DNA of 64,000 nt. Source: Mytilus edulis. Its lineage: Eukaryota. Both the position numbers and the translations under genes were made by a program. Shown in pieces: positions 61,116 through 64,000 of this stretch (the stretch's first letter is position 1; every line of letters begins with the position of its first letter). The stretch is from NCBI RefSeq assembly GCF_963676685.1, contig NC_092350.1, forward strand, positions 57,040,001 through 57,104,000, written 5' to 3'. The notes under the pieces are model-generated. The model searched no databases and was not told the DNA's origin. It saw only the letters and a list, made by a program, of their open reading frames with translations.

Positions 61116-64000
61116 TGTATTCAATTTATCTATCCCACACTGTTTAATTGTCATTCAAAATATGACAATGTTTTCATTTGTCAGCTTCAGAATAGAGAAT
61201 GAAATTATAACAATGTTGTCGATTTTGTTACATACTCAAACAAAAAGGGTTAACATAGAGTTTTGAATATAATTTTAATTATTTCTCGGTTTATAATGTA
61301 AAATGTTTCCTTAATTGTTGTACAGTCATTGATAGTAAATATTGCCAATTTGTAAACACCCCGGTGTTCTTTCAACATAATGTAGACAAAATAGACCGCA
61401 TGACTTCTGAATTGAACTACGCTTTGAATTAATCAAAGACTTTCAAATTACCTTGTTTATATCTTTGATAAAGAATAAATTATTATAATTAAATATTAAA
61501 CGAATCACATATTTAAATTGTACAATAAAATATTAATTAAAGATGGAATAAGTAAATAAATTGATGACAATATCACACTAACAAGGGAGGTATAACTGCT
61601 GTAAAAACTGACACGAAAACTAGCGAAAAGTAATCAGTGTTTTACTCATGCAATTCATGGTTCTCTTTTTCTTTTGTTTACTCTGTATGCATGTGCACGT
61701 TTTTAATTTTTTTTAAATACACCGCGCGGGTATCATTTGTAACCGTAAGTTCAAACAGAATTAAGGAATGAAAAGAGGGCATGCAATGCAAAACCGCATT
61801 TTTTATATCATGTGTGTGTGTTGGGTTTTTTTTACCGGGGGGGGGGGGGGGAAGGGGGGGGGGGGGTAATTTAAATTTTCAATTTAGTCTTATTTTAAAG
61901 ATGTAGGGCATACCCTAATATTTTTTCGATAAAAGGAACAAAATTGACAAGTTTTAAGACCTTCCGAGAGGTTGATTTCTTTCATAAAAAAGGGGGGTGG
62001 ACATGGACCTCCATTTTGTTGAAAAAATAAGTTGATTGTTTATGGAATCACTGTTACGGCAATCAGAAGTCCCCACTGCTACACCCCATGAAATTCGAGA
62101 ATTTTATATAAGATCATATAAGGTATTTATGATACCTTACTCGTATCAAATTATTTTTTTTATATTTCCTTATGTATTCAACGAGATATATTGCGATTTC
62201 GAAAATATTTCTAAGTACGTTAAGATGTTGAGGATATACTTATTGTAATAATTTGTTTTAGTAAAGATTGTAGGACTTTTGAAAAAAAGCCCTAGTTTGT
62301 ATATGGATTCCTGGGAAAAAATTCTACCTTTCCCCCTTTTTTTGTTGTTGTAAAAACCATTAGCAAATGTAAGAAAGAGGTCTGGAGAGGAAGATGTCAG
62401 CGCATAATAAGCTGAAATATTAGTAAACATTTTATTGAAAAAAGTGTTTTGTAAAATGATTTGTTTTTAAAATGATTTGCTTACAATGCTACCTTAGTCT
62501 TGTGCTACGTATACTCCATTGGTCATGTTTTGTTAGATTTTAAAACATATTGTACTGTATCCAGAAAATATTACACCCATTACAAGATGATTAAAGATTA
62601 AGTATAGGAAAGTCTTGGATAACCGAAATATTTGTCGTCCATCAACCCTAAAAAGCGTTGTCTTACATGCGCCAATCGTTCATCATGACAATGTATACTA
62701 TGGTTATACGTTCTATTGAACTGTTTATACATACCAATATCAATTTAGCCCCAGCTCTTTACAAAAAAAAAAGCATGCAATGATCAATAAATTTAAATAA
62801 TCATAACAAACTTTTACACGGATGAGTACATGTGATGAACTAGTATATATCATACGGTAATTAGAGAAAGGTTCCGATTTAAGTATGAAGAGTTAAGTAA
62901 GTTTATGCATACCGCTTAAGAATTTTACTTACTAGTAACTAGAGAAATTCTTAGTGAAATCAAAGTTTATGGAATACTTAAGTTAAGATGTTTTATGCAT
63001 ACGGCCCCTGCAGGTACCACTCTACCCCATCACTACATAACAATTAAAAAAAAACAAATTTCTACGGCAATACTTTTGTCGAAAAATGTGTAAAGGGAAG
63101 CTGGGTAGCTGATGTACGCTGGAGAAAAAAATCAAGGTTGCTGTTTGGCTTTTATTTATTTTTTAAATAGGTCCAAAATTGGGGTCGAACACCCAATCCC
63201 ACCCTTACCAAAAATGTAATAAATATTGTCCCCACTAGGTGCAAAGTGAAGCTGGGTATATGAGGTCTACAAGAAAAATCCTGGGTGTTGTTCTTCTTAG
63301 TTTTTTTAATATTTTTAATTACACTAGGTGAGAACGTAAGCTAGAGATCAAGGTCCTACTTGATCAAAAATGCAAGTTAATTCATAGCACAGATTACTAG
63401 TAATCGTTTTTAAGCTAATACACAATTTCTTGACCACCATACTTTGAATACAAAAAATAAACCTTTTGTCCAATCATATTCAAGCGAAATCCACTAGTTC
63501 AGAGGTAGAATGGTTTGTAAAAACAGTTTTGTGTGGCAAAAAAAGGTTAAAAGTTTCTTTAAATTAACGCAGAATTATTATTCCTTTTCATGAGAACTAT
63601 TTGACAGGATGCCGATAACAAGGAAAGCTATTTCGCACAATAGTGCAATTTAAAAAAATCATAATCATTTACGATCCTATAAACACTCAAACGTGTTGAC
63701 TATTTGAAATGTAAAGCGGGCAGTAGGCTGTGTAGTAAATCGAAAACGATTGAGTTTGCCTGTATATAGCTAATGAACCAGAAATGAAATATTAAAATTC
63801 ATTGAATAGCGTCTTTGACTGATTAATTATATATTAAAAGCTGATGATATATTGGTTAAATATTAATAAATAACATTTGAAGTACGTTTTCAGTCTTTTG
63901 CAACATTTATAAATATTTGAAAACTGGCTGCTACCGACTGGCTGATTGAGCCTGGTCTCACAAACTCCACATTTTCATTACAGCCGATTACATTGAGTGT

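Noticed and set aside
62860-63010. Harbinger-like element end (ttatgcatacggcccc)
   Set aside because: Only one plausible terminus and no TSD pair visible; cannot delimit.

Overview
AT-rich, intron-containing animal DNA. It is most likely a mytilid mussel (Mytilus), inferred from the CRP-I-type peptide genes and repeat families; there is one assembly gap (52435-52647). The ORF track misses the host genes. By splicing GT-AG exons by hand I recover three minus-strand secreted-peptide genes that share a 52-bp signal-peptide exon. These are (1) a single-module cationic C-C-CC-C-C peptide precursor (6570-9919), (2) a three-module anionic C-C-CC-C-C precursor (23431-26895) in which the stop codon of module 2 overlaps a consensus splice donor, and (3) a cysteine-free Pro/Thr/Gly-repeat peptide (58366-59516). 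The rest is layered mobile DNA. It includes two Naiad-type Penelope-like RT fragments and a decayed PAT-like DIRS retrotransposon with split direct repeats plus a partial tandem duplicate. It also includes a ~2.87-kb tandem array carrying AcademX-like transposase remnants, interrupted by a ~20-kb AcademH-like DNA transposon (69-bp TIRs; convergent RecQ-like helicase and transposase pseudogenes). That element is in turn interrupted in a coding exon by a 7.3-kb IS3EU-like foldback element (TATGG termini, 6-bp TSD, ~1.95-kb inverted arms built from 21/105-bp repeats). Several MITEs and tRNA-derived SINEs are also present. All coordinates and translations were read by eye and no database search was run.
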